19,439 bases of DNA, from the NCBI GenBank assembly GCA_037444445.1, contig JBBIMK010000028.1, positions 7,523 to 26,961 on the forward strand, in the 5' to 3' direction. This stretch comes from a bacterium. Its GTDB lineage: Bacteria > UBP7 > UBA6624 > JBBIMK01. How positions within the stretch are numbered: position 1 is the first letter of the stretch; the number at the start of each line of letters is the position of its first letter. Below the pieces are notes generated by a model. That model was not told where the DNA came from and ran no database searches. It was given only the letters and a program-made list of their open reading frames with translations. Below are positions 5,814-14,212 of this stretch, piece after piece. A program made the position numbers and the translations under genes.

Positions 5814-6290
5814 TCATTTTAGCCGTTTTTCCATCTTACGCAGGATGGGTTGGTAACCCAGTTTTTCGTAGAATGCGATGGCATCGGAATTTACTTCCCA
5901 GACATCCAGATGGAGGACATTGATTCCTTTAGAGCGAGCCCATGCTTCAACTATTTGCATCAGTTTTTTTCCCGTTCCCGCTTTGCGATAATCCCTGTGA
6001 ACAGCCAGTTCGTTTATGCTCACCCGGGGGATAGAAATCAGGTCATCTTGCCTCTTTTCCACCTCCGCATAAACATACCCTGCCAATTTTCCGTTCACTA
6101 CAGCGACGAAAATGACTGCATCCGGCGAATTCAAAGCCCGGCGGTAAAAGTCTGCTGTCGCCTCTTCTCCTTTTGGTCTTCTCCGCACTTTCAAGAAATT
6201 TGCCCGCAGGCGTGCCATCTTTTGATAAAACTCCTCTGCCATAGAAAGAATCGGAGTTATATCCTCTTCTCTTGCCACCCGGATTTCCAT
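5814..6290 (-). CDS. GNAT family N-acetyltransferase
   Basis: 158 aa. The acetyl-CoA binding motif is present as VHRDYRKAGTGKKLM (Q/R-x-x-G-x-G/A). The length and beta-alpha pattern are typical of GNAT proteins. Confidence 0.85.
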   Translation of the reverse strand: MEIRVAREEDITPILSMAEEFYQKMARLRANFLKVRRRPKGEEATADFYRRALNSPDAVIFVAVVNGKLAGYVYAEVEKRQDDLISIPRVSINELAVHRDYRKAGTGKKLMQIVEAWARSKGINVLHLDVWEVNSDAIAFYEKLGYQPILRKMEKRLK

Positions 6291-6298
6291 TCACTTTC

Positions 6299-6307
6299 AT
6301 TATAACA
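6299..6307 (-). promoter_or_regulatory. Extended -10 (TGtTATAAT) 8 nt upstream of the GNAT ATG, implying a leaderless or near-leaderless mRNA
   Basis: The minus strand reads ttttgTTATAATgaaagtgaATG. Confidence 0.4.
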
Positions 6308-6407
6308 AAACCTTTCTGCGAATCATACACTCAATTGGACATCACACTGGTAGTTCGGATTATCCTCACTTCTGTATGAAGTTCATTTTGCGGAAGGCAG
6401 AATTCGT

Positions 6408-7151
6408 TTAACCAGAGAGGGTGAATAAAAGGGTGATGCTTGCGGAAATCTTCTGTTGCTTCAGGGATTCGGGAATGGGCGAGAAAGGGGAGGCTTTCCG
6501 AATCGCTTCTACTGCCGCATCATCCAGCAGGCGAAATCCAGAACCTTTCCGGATGTGTATATCCTCCACCTGGCCATCTGATTGTATGGAAAATTCCACT
6601 TCTACTTTGCCCTGTTGTTCCAGCCTTAATGCCATTTTGGGATATTCTTTTCTGGAGTCAATCTTCTTGAAAACCTCCATCAGATAGGCTTGAAGAATAG
6701 ATTCTGTATTTTGCAAAGAGTCTGTTCCATTTCCATCGCTGGTACTCCCGCCTCTCGGAGGGCCCCCATCTGATGGCAGTATCACCGTTCCATGCGGCAA
6801 ACCCGTGTCCTGTCCCATTGGCCGATTTCCAGAAGTGGGTTCCTCGGAAGTTGAAGAGGGTGAGGCAGGTGTAGATGCGCCAGTCAGGAGGGGGGCTTTG
6901 AACTCTGTCCCGGAAGAAGGGTTGAGTGGTTTTTCAGGCGAGGGAAGTTCAGGCTCTGCATTCCTGATTTTGGAAGGTGGGTTCACTCTCCGCCTCTCCT
7001 TTTCCTTCTCAAGGGGGGCTGAAGTAGTTTTTATGGACCGAATTTCAAGGTTTAAAACAGGTTTTTCTACCGCGCCCAATGAAAAAGCAACGGAAAACAG
7101 AAATAGATGGGCGAGGAAGGAAAGAAGAAGAAAAACACCGTAGGATTTCAT
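6408..7151 (-). CDS. tonB: TonB family energy transducer
   Basis: It has an N-terminal TM helix and a Pro/Ser/Glu-rich spacer. The C-terminal TonB domain reads YPKMALRLEQQGKVEVEFSIQSDGQVEDIHIRKGSGFRLLDDAAVEAIRKA. Its ATG overlaps the exbD stop (ATGA). Confidence 0.85.
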   Translation of the reverse strand: MKSYGVFLLLSFLAHLFLFSVAFSLGAVEKPVLNLEIRSIKTTSAPLEKEKERRRVNPPSKIRNAEPELPSPEKPLNPSSGTEFKAPLLTGASTPASPSSTSEEPTSGNRPMGQDTGLPHGTVILPSDGGPPRGGSTSDGNGTDSLQNTESILQAYLMEVFKKIDSRKEYPKMALRLEQQGKVEVEFSIQSDGQVEDIHIRKGSGFRLLDDAAVEAIRKASPFSPIPESLKQQKISASITLLFTLSG

Positions 7152-7555
7152 GATTTTTCACGAGGCAAGGAAGTCAGAGAGATGTTTTGAATTTTCAGAC
7201 TTCGGAGGATGTCCAGCAATGAAATGAGAGATTGCACCGGGGCAGTGCGGTCAGAAAGAATCTGTGCTGAAACGAGCTCTGAGGAGGCTCTGACTCGCTG
7301 TTCCAACCGTTCGGATAACCGGTCGGCGGTAAGGGTTTCCCCTTCCAGGGAGTAAGTTCCATTGGAATGAACGGAGATGACCAGAGTGAAGGAACTTCTG
7401 GAAATCAGAGCGGTGGAGGATTCTGGAAGGGTCACATCCAGAGTGGGAAGGTGGAGATAGTTCCAGGTGAGGAGGAAAAAGGCGAGGAGTTGGAAGACCA
7501 CATCAATCAAAGGAGCCATCATGATTTGAGGAGGTTTTCGTGCAGGTCTATTCAT
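7148..7555 (-). CDS. exbD: ExbD/TolR biopolymer transport protein
   Basis: The start is chosen at MNRPARKPPQIMMAPLIDVVFQLLAFFLL (ATG at 7555), which overlaps the exbB stop by 8 nt. The longer 160-aa ORF-track version would overlap exbB by 83 nt. Confidence 0.85.
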   Translation of the reverse strand: MNRPARKPPQIMMAPLIDVVFQLLAFFLLTWNYLHLPTLDVTLPESSTALISRSSFTLVISVHSNGTYSLEGETLTADRLSERLEQRVRASSELVSAQILSDRTAPVQSLISLLDILRSLKIQNISLTSLPREKS

Positions 7556-8108
7556 GGGGGTAGAGTTTTTGTTTTTCCATAGTGACAATGAACCGGAGAT
7601 TGCGAATCTGCCTGCCTGCGAGGGAATCAAACAGGTAATAAGTCAGGAGAGCGGGGATGGCCACCACCAGCCCGAAGACGGTGGTGAGGAGGGCTTCCCA
7701 GATTCCACCGGCTAACAAAGACGGGTCTACTTTCCAGCCCAGATGCTCAATCACCATGAAGGAGCGAACCATGCCCGTAACAGTGCCCAGCAGGCCGAGG
7801 AGAGGAGAGAGAGTAGCGATGGCAGAAAGGAGCCCCAATCCTGTTTCTACCTCATCCACGAAGGGTTGCATCTTCATCTCTGCGAGGGCGGTCCATTGCT
7901 CGGAGGTAGGTTTCGGATTGGAATGGTGGAGAGATTGCAATTGCATGGAAAATCGCTGAGCCAGGGATTTGGCTCGGGTGGAAAAGAAAAACAGACGCTC
8001 CAGGATGATGCCGAGAGAAGCGACAGAAAGAAACAGGATGGGCCACATCACCCAACCGCCTCTCAGAAAAAGCGTCCACAGTGATATGGAAGGTGAGTTC
8101 ATATTCAT
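7548..8108 (-). CDS. exbB: MotA/TolQ/ExbB proton-channel family protein
   Basis: 186 aa with three TM segments. The conserved LLGLLGTVTGMVRSF motif is present. Confidence 0.85.
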   Translation of the reverse strand: MNMNSPSISLWTLFLRGGWVMWPILFLSVASLGIILERLFFFSTRAKSLAQRFSMQLQSLHHSNPKPTSEQWTALAEMKMQPFVDEVETGLGLLSAIATLSPLLGLLGTVTGMVRSFMVIEHLGWKVDPSLLAGGIWEALLTTVFGLVVAIPALLTYYLFDSLAGRQIRNLRFIVTMEKQKLYPHE

Positions 8109-8118
8109 CCTGCCTTCA

Positions 8119-8811
8119 TTATTTTACACCGTGTTTGCCGGGTTCTGAAACACAGGAAAGGTAGCCTCGCCAGATGAGGAGAATACCGATAAACTCCATT
8201 CCATAAAGCACCTCCGTGTATCCGAAGCGGGTGAAGGCGCCTCCAATGCCGGGCAGGAGCGCCCCCGCAGCAATGAATATATTTCCGATGAAGCGGTGGT
8301 AAGTATCTGTGCGTTTGAAGTATTTGTATGCGGAGAGGGCGGCTCCGCCGACTAAGAATATCAGGGCGTAGAGATTGACGAAGGGACTGAAGAGCCTTAC
8401 CCAGCCCCATTCCATTACCCGCCCCGTCAATCGGTGGGCCTCCACCAGGTCCCTCCGAATGGGGACGATGAGGATAAAGGAAGAGGCGACAGCGATGTAG
8501 GCCAGCAGGGCAGAGGTGAGGAAATTTGCCACCCGTTTGTTCAGATGGAAATATACGGAGCCTTGAGCCAGAGGAGCACCGCCCAGCAGAGCGCCTGAAA
8601 TATACCAGAGCCGAAAAACAACCGGATTCCACCCGAATAGCGTTACAAGGCTCTCGGTCAAAGTTCCAAGTCCGTAGGTGAAAATCCCTCCCGTCCACCA
8701 CCCCAGGTGGGGCGGACGGGATTTCTGAAGATACCGCCGATAAAGGGAAATCCCGAATATCACAGAGAGAACCGTCGTGAGAATGGGAACATAGTGTACC
8801 AGGGAAGACAT
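8119..8811 (-). CDS. Uncharacterised polytopic inner-membrane protein (about 6-7 TM) embedded in the TonB uptake operon
   Basis: 230-aa ORF that is strongly hydrophobic and rich in Gly and aromatic residues. It starts 13 nt after the receptor stop and ends 10 nt before exbB. No family was recognised. Confidence 0.6.
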   Translation of the reverse strand: MSSLVHYVPILTTVLSVIFGISLYRRYLQKSRPPHLGWWTGGIFTYGLGTLTESLVTLFGWNPVVFRLWYISGALLGGAPLAQGSVYFHLNKRVANFLTSALLAYIAVASSFILIVPIRRDLVEAHRLTGRVMEWGWVRLFSPFVNLYALIFLVGGAALSAYKYFKRTDTYHRFIGNIFIAAGALLPGIGGAFTRFGYTEVLYGMEFIGILLIWRGYLSCVSEPGKHGVK

Positions 8812-8824
8812 GGCGGGCAGATTT

Positions 8825-10753
8825 TCACCAGTTCACATCGTATCCGGCATAGAAGATTCTACCCTGCGATGGCCCAAAAGGAGGGCGCTCCACGCCGATG
8901 ACATTGTTCACTCCGAGGAAAATGCGATAACCATCCAGTGGAATGGTAAACTCCACATCCATCAGAGTATACTGTTTTACTTTCCCCGGCGGTGACCCTG
9001 TGGATTCTGTGCTGATTCCGAACTGCTGGGTTCCCACATAGGTGAAGCGAACAGAGGAGGAGTAGCGAGGATTGTGGAAGAGAAAACGCACATTCGCCTG
9101 GGCATCGGGGGTGAATTCCAGGGTTCTGCCAGTGGTAAGATTTCTTGCATTCTGGAAAACGCCGCCGGCCTGAATGGAAAAAGTGGAAGAAAACCGGTAT
9201 TGCCCTTCCCACTCCACGCCCTGCACCCGCGCCGATTCTACATTTTGATACCGCCACTCCTCCACATCTGGAGTGTTCGGGTCATCCTGTTTGATGAAAA
9301 GAATCAGGTCATTCACCCGATTATAGAATCCGTTCAGGCGGTAAAAAGAGCGGCCGTGGGGACCCGACTCCAGGGTCAACTGATAATTTTTGGAAGTCTC
9401 GGGAGAAAGGTCGGGGTTTCCGAGGATGCGGATAGATGAGGCAGGACCGGTGGGAATCAGGAAGTCCTGGAAGAGTTCTGTGGGATCCGGGGAGCGGAAG
9501 CCTTTCCCTGCAGAAAGTTTTGCGCGAAAGCGAGGCGAGAAGTGCTTCACCAACCCTGCTCTGGGTATACCTTCTCCTCCGAATCGGGAGTGGTCGGTCC
9601 AGCGGAATCCATAAACCCCTTCCCAGGTTCTGGCGAATTGCCACTGTCCTTGCAGGTAGCCTTCCTGAAGGCGAACGGTCTGGGTTTTTGGTGAGATGCG
9701 GTCAGAAGTGTAACGGTCCCGAATGGAATCCGCCCCGACGGTGAGCAGATGGGCCTCTGTCAGCGGATAATCGTATTGAACCTCATACCGCTGATAGCGG
9801 TCCCGGATGTCAGAACGAGTGGCTGGGCGGGGAGGACGCACCTCGGTGAAGGAGTGGTAGAAAGGGTTAGAAAAGGCGAAGAATTGCAGACGGGAGCCTT
9901 TCCTCGTGGTGAACTGGTAACGAAGTTGCTGGGTAGACAGGCGGTCCCAGAATCCCCAGGAAGTTTTTTGTTGTCGGGAGACACTCCAGAGAAAGAATTT
10001 GGAATAGTTGGTGAAATAATCGTCCTGCAAGGTGATGGAGGAGGTGGGAGTCAGAGGAACTTGAATCTTGATGGAGTAGTTATTTTTTCGGAATTCAGGA
10101 GAATCCAGAGCCGGGTCATCAGGATGGAGGTCAATGCCGTCTGAACTCCTTCGGTCGTAGGAGAGCAGGGCCTTCCATTTTTTAGAGGTGAGAGTGTAAG
10201 AAATGAAATGCTCCTGTTGAGCCGGAGTTCCACCCCGGGAATAGAGCGAAAATTGAGGTTTTTCCGGGCTACGAGTGATGATATGGATGACTCCGGCAAT
10301 GGCATCAGAACCGTAGAGAGTGGATTGAGGTCCCCTGACGATTTCAATTCTTTCCACATTCTGGAGGGGAATCAGGCTCAGGTCTACCCGATTTCTCACC
10401 TTGGAGTTGACGGGCATTCCATCCACCAGCACCAGCACCTTGTTGTCCCGGAACCCCTGGATATTCACGGAATAAACACCCGACTGAGAGACCTGAGTCA
10501 CGAGCCCCGGGATTTCTTTGAGGGCTTCTTCCAGAGTGGTCCAGCCGAACCGGCGGATTTCCTCCTGAGTAATGACGGAAGTGGCGAAAGGTGATTCTAT
10601 GAGCGTTCTGGGGGTTCGTGTGCCTGTCACCACGACTTCCCCCAGGGGATATGAAACTATCGGTGACTCCTGCCCCCGGGCTGGGATAGGGAGTGTGAAA
10701 AGAGCCCAGGACAGGAGGGGAAAAAGAAGGGGAAAATTTTTCAGGTTCATCAT
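8825..10753 (-). CDS. TonB-dependent outer-membrane receptor (BtuB-size, plug plus 22-strand barrel)
   Basis: Signal peptide MMNLKNFPLLFPLLSWALFTLPIPARG. Plug motifs are GEVVVTGTRTP, VERIEIVRGPQSTLYGSDAIAGVIHIIT and LVDGMPVN. The C-terminus ends in an aromatic residue (...YAGYDVNW). GGAGG lies 6 nt upstream of the ATG. Confidence 0.9.
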   Translation of the reverse strand: MMNLKNFPLLFPLLSWALFTLPIPARGQESPIVSYPLGEVVVTGTRTPRTLIESPFATSVITQEEIRRFGWTTLEEALKEIPGLVTQVSQSGVYSVNIQGFRDNKVLVLVDGMPVNSKVRNRVDLSLIPLQNVERIEIVRGPQSTLYGSDAIAGVIHIITRSPEKPQFSLYSRGGTPAQQEHFISYTLTSKKWKALLSYDRRSSDGIDLHPDDPALDSPEFRKNNYSIKIQVPLTPTSSITLQDDYFTNYSKFFLWSVSRQQKTSWGFWDRLSTQQLRYQFTTRKGSRLQFFAFSNPFYHSFTEVRPPRPATRSDIRDRYQRYEVQYDYPLTEAHLLTVGADSIRDRYTSDRISPKTQTVRLQEGYLQGQWQFARTWEGVYGFRWTDHSRFGGEGIPRAGLVKHFSPRFRAKLSAGKGFRSPDPTELFQDFLIPTGPASSIRILGNPDLSPETSKNYQLTLESGPHGRSFYRLNGFYNRVNDLILFIKQDDPNTPDVEEWRYQNVESARVQGVEWEGQYRFSSTFSIQAGGVFQNARNLTTGRTLEFTPDAQANVRFLFHNPRYSSSVRFTYVGTQQFGISTESTGSPPGKVKQYTLMDVEFTIPLDGYRIFLGVNNVIGVERPPFGPSQGRIFYAGYDVNW

Positions 10754-10773
10754 TCATCGCCTCCATTTGACTG

Positions 10774-10802
10774 AGAATACTATATTTTGACTTTTTTGTC
10801 AA
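10774..10802 (-). promoter_or_regulatory. Sigma70-type promoter of the receptor operon (TTGACA-17-TATTCT)
   Basis: The minus strand reads TTGACAaaaaagtcaaaatatagTATTCT, followed by cagtcaaatGGAGGcgatgaATG. Confidence 0.5.
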
Positions 10803-10803
10803 A
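10786..10803. promoter_or_regulatory. Inverted repeat TTTGAC-N6-GTCAAA overlapping the receptor -35 (candidate TetR operator)
   Basis: The palindrome was read directly. It lies in the 114-bp divergent region between the receptor and tetR-family genes. Confidence 0.4.
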
Positions 10804-10839
10804 TCCTGAACTCCTCCCCTTTCCCTTTTCCCTCCCTTG

Positions 10840-10848
10840 TGTTATAGT
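10840..10848 (+). promoter_or_regulatory. Extended -10 (TGtTATAGT) upstream of the TetR-family gene
   Basis: It lies 19 nt upstream of the ATG at 10868. AGGTGAAGG sits between the element and the ATG. Confidence 0.35.
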
Positions 10849-10867
10849 GAAACAGGTGAAGGCTAAC

Positions 10868-11539
10868 ATGAGTCCGAAGAAACTGGCGCGGATACAAAAG
10901 GACCACAGCCTGAGAAGAGAAGAGATTTTACAGGCTGCCGCCTCTCTTTTCTGCAAAAAAGGCATCCTCGCCACTACTATGGATGACATCGCCCGTGAAC
11001 TCAAAGTGGCCAAAGGCTTCCTCTACTATTATTTCCCCTCCAGAGAAGACCTCCTCCTGGCTCTTTTAGCAGAGGGCTGGAAGTCTTTCCTTTCCATCGT
11101 GGAATCACAGGACATCCCCCGAAACCGGGAGGGTTTTCTTCTCCTCCTCCGCCGGTTGATTGAAGCCTACAACGCCCAGCCTTATCTCTACGGTGCGTTG
11201 TTCCAACTGAGTCCACAGGCAGGTTCCTTATTCCCGTCGGAGAAACTGAAAACCCCGGAGAAACTCAAAAAAAGGGCCTACGCCCTGATTCAGAAAAGGT
11301 TAGAAGAGGATTTTCAAGTCAGTGATTCCTCCCATTTGATGCGTAACATAGGTGGCATCCTCTTTGGCTATCTCCGCCTGGGAAGAGAGAAAAAGCCCAT
11401 CTCCGCTGATGAAGTCCTTGACACTGTGAATAAACTTCTTCCTCCAGTAGCCAGCAGCCTGTTGACGCCAAAGAGAGGAAAGAGTGGCCGGAGGGATTCT
11501 CCTGCCCTCCCTGATTCCAGTGAGATGGGTGAGAGATGA
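10868..11539 (+). CDS. TetR/AcrR family transcriptional regulator
   Basis: The N-terminal HTH reads RREEILQAAASLFCKKGILATTMDDIARELKVAKGFLYYYFPSREDLL. The start is moved to the internal ATG at 10868 because the upstream 27 codons cross the promoter region. Confidence 0.85.
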   Translation: MSPKKLARIQKDHSLRREEILQAAASLFCKKGILATTMDDIARELKVAKGFLYYYFPSREDLLLALLAEGWKSFLSIVESQDIPRNREGFLLLLRRLIEAYNAQPYLYGALFQLSPQAGSLFPSEKLKTPEKLKKRAYALIQKRLEEDFQVSDSSHLMRNIGGILFGYLRLGREKKPISADEVLDTVNKLLPPVASSLLTPKRGKSGRRDSPALPDSSEMGER

Positions 11540-11776
11540 GAATTTATTTCAGGAAGAAGTGGTATCGCTTGACGGGGTAAGAAACATAACAGATGAGGAA
11601 AGAGTGGAATTTTTATACGAGGATAGATGGGGATAAGTTGGCATTATCCTCCTGCCCTTTCTTCTTTTTCTCGCTTCCCTCCGCGTAATCTACTTTCCCT
11701 TTTCGTCCACACATCCCCCTTTTTTACAGGGAACTTTTCTGCAGAAAGCAGTCAAAATTTCGTGGAGGTAGTAAAG

Positions 11777-11926
11777 TATGAAGCGAAGAAAAGGGGAAAT
11801 TGTGGTGAAGTCAATTGCAGGGGTTTTCCAGTTGTATGCTGTTTTTTCCAGCGGTGGAGGAGGTTCCGTGATTCTGCCCCCGGTAGGATGTGAGTTTCCG
11901 AGCGGAAGCCCCCCTCATAGAGAATA
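11777..11926 (+). CDS. Candidate small ORF, 49 aa, in the long nadA upstream region
   Basis: Manual translation gives MKRRKGEIVVKSIAGVFQLYAVFSSGGGGSVILPPVGCEFPSGSPPHRE*. GGAGG lies 9 nt upstream of the ATG. No homology was recognised. Confidence 0.2.
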
Positions 11927-11997
11927 GAAATTAGATTAAGAAAGAATTCTATTGACGGAGAAGAGAATTTCCAGCAAAATTATGATGAGAGAGGGTT

Positions 11998-13125
11998 ATG
12001 CCTGAAAGCCTCACTTTGAACCTGTTCAGGTATACTTTTTCACCACTTCCGGAAGAGTACTGGGATATTCCAGAGCCGGAACGGGTGGAGAGAACCGGGA
12101 AAGCGAAAAAATATCTGGGGAAGGATGTGCTACTTCTGGCGCATAATTATCAACGGGATGAAATTGTAGAATTTGCAGATTTCACTGGCGATTCATATCA
12201 ACTCTCTCGTTTTGCGGCGGAGAATCGGGATGCCCGGACGGTTGTTTTTTGTGGTGTATCTTTTATGGCGGAAACGGTGGACATCCTGTGCGAAGGGCGG
12301 AAGACGGTCATCTTGCCCTCTATGGAGGCTTCTTGCCCCATGGCCGGGATGGCAGAACTTGTGCAGGTGGAAAAAGCCTGGGAGGAAGTGACGGATTTGA
12401 TTGTGGCAGAAGAGATTCTCCCCATCACCTATATAAACTCTTATGCTGATTTGAAGGCATTCACAGCAAAGCATGATGGGGCGGTATGCACCTCTTCCAA
12501 TGCGCTGGCTGTGTTTCAATGGGCTCTTCACCAGAACAGACGAATCTTTTTCTATCCCGACCAGAATTTGGGGCTGAATATCTGGCTGAAAGCAGGGCAA
12601 ACAGAATCCGATACCCTCCTCTGGAACCCCTGGGAATCCAAACTGGGTGGGAACTCCCCCGAAAAAATCAAAAAAACCCGGCTCTTTCTCTGGCGGGGGT
12701 TCTGTCAGGTTCACGACCGGTTCAAGGTGGAGCATGTCCACGAAGTGAAGGCAAAATATCCTGACATAAAAGTCCTTGTGCATCCGGAGTGTATCCGGGA
12801 GGTTGTGGCTCTGGCGGATGTGGTAGGGTCAACCAGCCAGATTATTCGGGCTGTAGAGAAGGCTCCGTCGGGCACAAAGTGGGCTATCGGCACCGAGTTT
12901 CATCTGGTCCATCGCTTGAAGAACCAGCATCCAGAGCAATTTATCATCCCCCTCGGGTGTGAGGTCTGCATTGACTGCAATGCGATGCAACAGATTGACC
13001 CGAATTACCTGTTATGGGTGATGGAAGAATTGGCGGAGGGCCGGGTTCACAACCGCATCCGCGTGGAAGAGGAAGATGCACATTGGGCGCGCGTCGCCCT
13101 TCAGCGGATGCTCGCCATCGTGTAA
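11998..13125 (+). CDS. nadA: Quinolinate synthase NadA
   Basis: 375 aa. Matching segments include LLAHNYQRDEIVEFADFTGDSYQLSR and VFCGVSFMAETVDIL. Conserved cluster cysteines occur at SCPMA, GFCQVH and CIDCNAM. VHPEC is also present. Confidence 0.9.
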   Translation: MPESLTLNLFRYTFSPLPEEYWDIPEPERVERTGKAKKYLGKDVLLLAHNYQRDEIVEFADFTGDSYQLSRFAAENRDARTVVFCGVSFMAETVDILCEGRKTVILPSMEASCPMAGMAELVQVEKAWEEVTDLIVAEEILPITYINSYADLKAFTAKHDGAVCTSSNALAVFQWALHQNRRIFFYPDQNLGLNIWLKAGQTESDTLLWNPWESKLGGNSPEKIKKTRLFLWRGFCQVHDRFKVEHVHEVKAKYPDIKVLVHPECIREVVALADVVGSTSQIIRAVEKAPSGTKWAIGTEFHLVHRLKNQHPEQFIIPLGCEVCIDCNAMQQIDPNYLLWVMEELAEGRVHNRIRVEEEDAHWARVALQRMLAIV

Positions 13126-13128
13126 CTT

Positions 13129-14118
13129 TTATTTCCCCGATGGGGGAGTTTCCGGAGGTCCCGGTGGAGGCATTGGAGCAGGAAGAGACGCAGATTCCAT
13201 CATCTTTCTCACGGCTGTGTCGTTGATGACCACCGGGTTTTTCTCCAGAATTTTCTTCACAAGGTTCTCTATAAATTCCTCCTGTTTTTCCGATTGGAGC
13301 CTTCTTTGTATCCTGCTTTTCACTTCTTCATAAGTAGCAGTTTTTCCTTCTTTTTTCTCCAGTAGTTTTATGATGTGAAACCCGAACGGGGATTTCACCA
13401 CGTCGCTCACCTGACCCACTTTCAACGGAAGAACCGCATCCACCAGCGATGTAAGACCTCGGGTTTGCCTGGTCTGCCAGCCCTTCAACTCTCCTCCATT
13501 ATTTTTCGTGGTGGGGTCCCTGGAATATTTTTTTGCGAGGTCAGCGAATTTCCCACCCTTCTTCAGTTTCCCCAGAACTTCCTTCGCTTCTTCTTCTGAG
13601 GAAAGTAGAATGTGGCTGATGCGCACTTCCACCGGTGGAGTGAATTCATCCTGATGCTGTTCGTAATACTGCTTTACCTCTTCTTCAGTGATAGGGATGT
13701 TTGCCGGGTCATCCATTTTCGCTTCTTTCAGTTTTTGTTGCACATAGGCTCTGGCAAGGATTTGGAATCGCTGAAGACGAAGGCGCATTCGGATTTCCGG
13801 CTCATCGGCGATGCCCGTAACCACTGCCTCATGCTCCAGAATCATTTGCTCTGCGATAGCGTTGATGAACTCCTTGAATCGGGCTTCATTCAGTAAAAAC
13901 TGCTCCGACCCGGGAAAAACCTTCATCAGCCATTTCATATCTTCCGTGGTAAAAACCTCTTTTCCAGCGGTGAAGAGAGCCTCTGCCCTGACAGAGGGGC
14001 CGGAGGAAAGGGTCGGAGTCCAGCTGGATTCCTTTCCTCCTTGCCCCCTCGGAACGCAGGTAAGTAACAGGAAACAGCCGGCTGTAGTGCCTGCTAACCA
14101 CCCCCAACTTTTTCTCAT
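13129..14118 (-). CDS. Parvulin-type peptidyl-prolyl cis-trans isomerase (SurA/PrsA-like), probable lipoprotein or secreted
   Basis: The parvulin domain reads ISHILL...FADLAKKYSRDPTTKNNGGELGW...SPFGFHIIKLLEK. The N-terminus MRKSWGWLAGTTAGCFLLLTC looks like a signal peptide or lipobox. The start is set at ATG 14118, which has AAGGAGG 9 nt upstream. Confidence 0.85.
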   Translation of the reverse strand: MRKSWGWLAGTTAGCFLLLTCVPRGQGGKESSWTPTLSSGPSVRAEALFTAGKEVFTTEDMKWLMKVFPGSEQFLLNEARFKEFINAIAEQMILEHEAVVTGIADEPEIRMRLRLQRFQILARAYVQQKLKEAKMDDPANIPITEEEVKQYYEQHQDEFTPPVEVRISHILLSSEEEAKEVLGKLKKGGKFADLAKKYSRDPTTKNNGGELKGWQTRQTRGLTSLVDAVLPLKVGQVSDVVKSPFGFHIIKLLEKKEGKTATYEEVKSRIQRRLQSEKQEEFIENLVKKILEKNPVVINDTAVRKMMESASLPAPMPPPGPPETPPSGK

Positions 14119-14212
14119 TTTCTTTTTCCTCCTTGAATTCACCACTACCATTTTACCTCTTCCGCGTGGAAATGGCTACTCCAGAAAAAGCCATTCCAAT
14201 AGAAGCCCCGGG

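Noticed and set aside
5603-5923. 106-aa plus-strand ORF, and a manual 38-aa ORF at 5643-5759, in the AddB-GNAT spacer
   Set aside because: The long ORF runs antisense into the GNAT gene. The short one has only a weak purine-rich upstream stretch and no recognisable features.
8105-8701. 198-aa minus-strand ORF overlapping the membrane-protein gene in another frame, plus similar shadow ORFs in the receptor gene (8859-9257, 9321-9644, 9749-10144, 10051-10359, 10344-10802)
   Set aside because: These are alternative-frame or antisense shadows of confidently called genes. They are Arg/Pro/Gly-rich, which is typical of off-frame translation.
10754-10774. Cobalamin or other riboswitch upstream of the BtuB-size receptor
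   Set aside because: The predicted leader is only about 25 nt from the -10 to the ATG. That leaves no room for an aptamer.
11627-11893. 88-aa plus-strand ORF in the nadA upstream region
   Set aside because: It has no RBS. It is translated largely from the pyrimidine tract (Ser/Phe/Pro/Leu-rich) and ends in a Cys/Arg-rich off-frame-looking tail.
11880-11997. NAD+ class I (nadA motif) riboswitch
   Set aside because: I could not find the tandem-domain conserved cores by eye. Only a covariance-model search could settle the question, so no call is made.
12193-12783. 196-aa minus-strand ORF antisense to nadA, plus smaller ones at 12198-12428 and 12711-12893
   Set aside because: They are antisense shadows within a confidently identified nadA.
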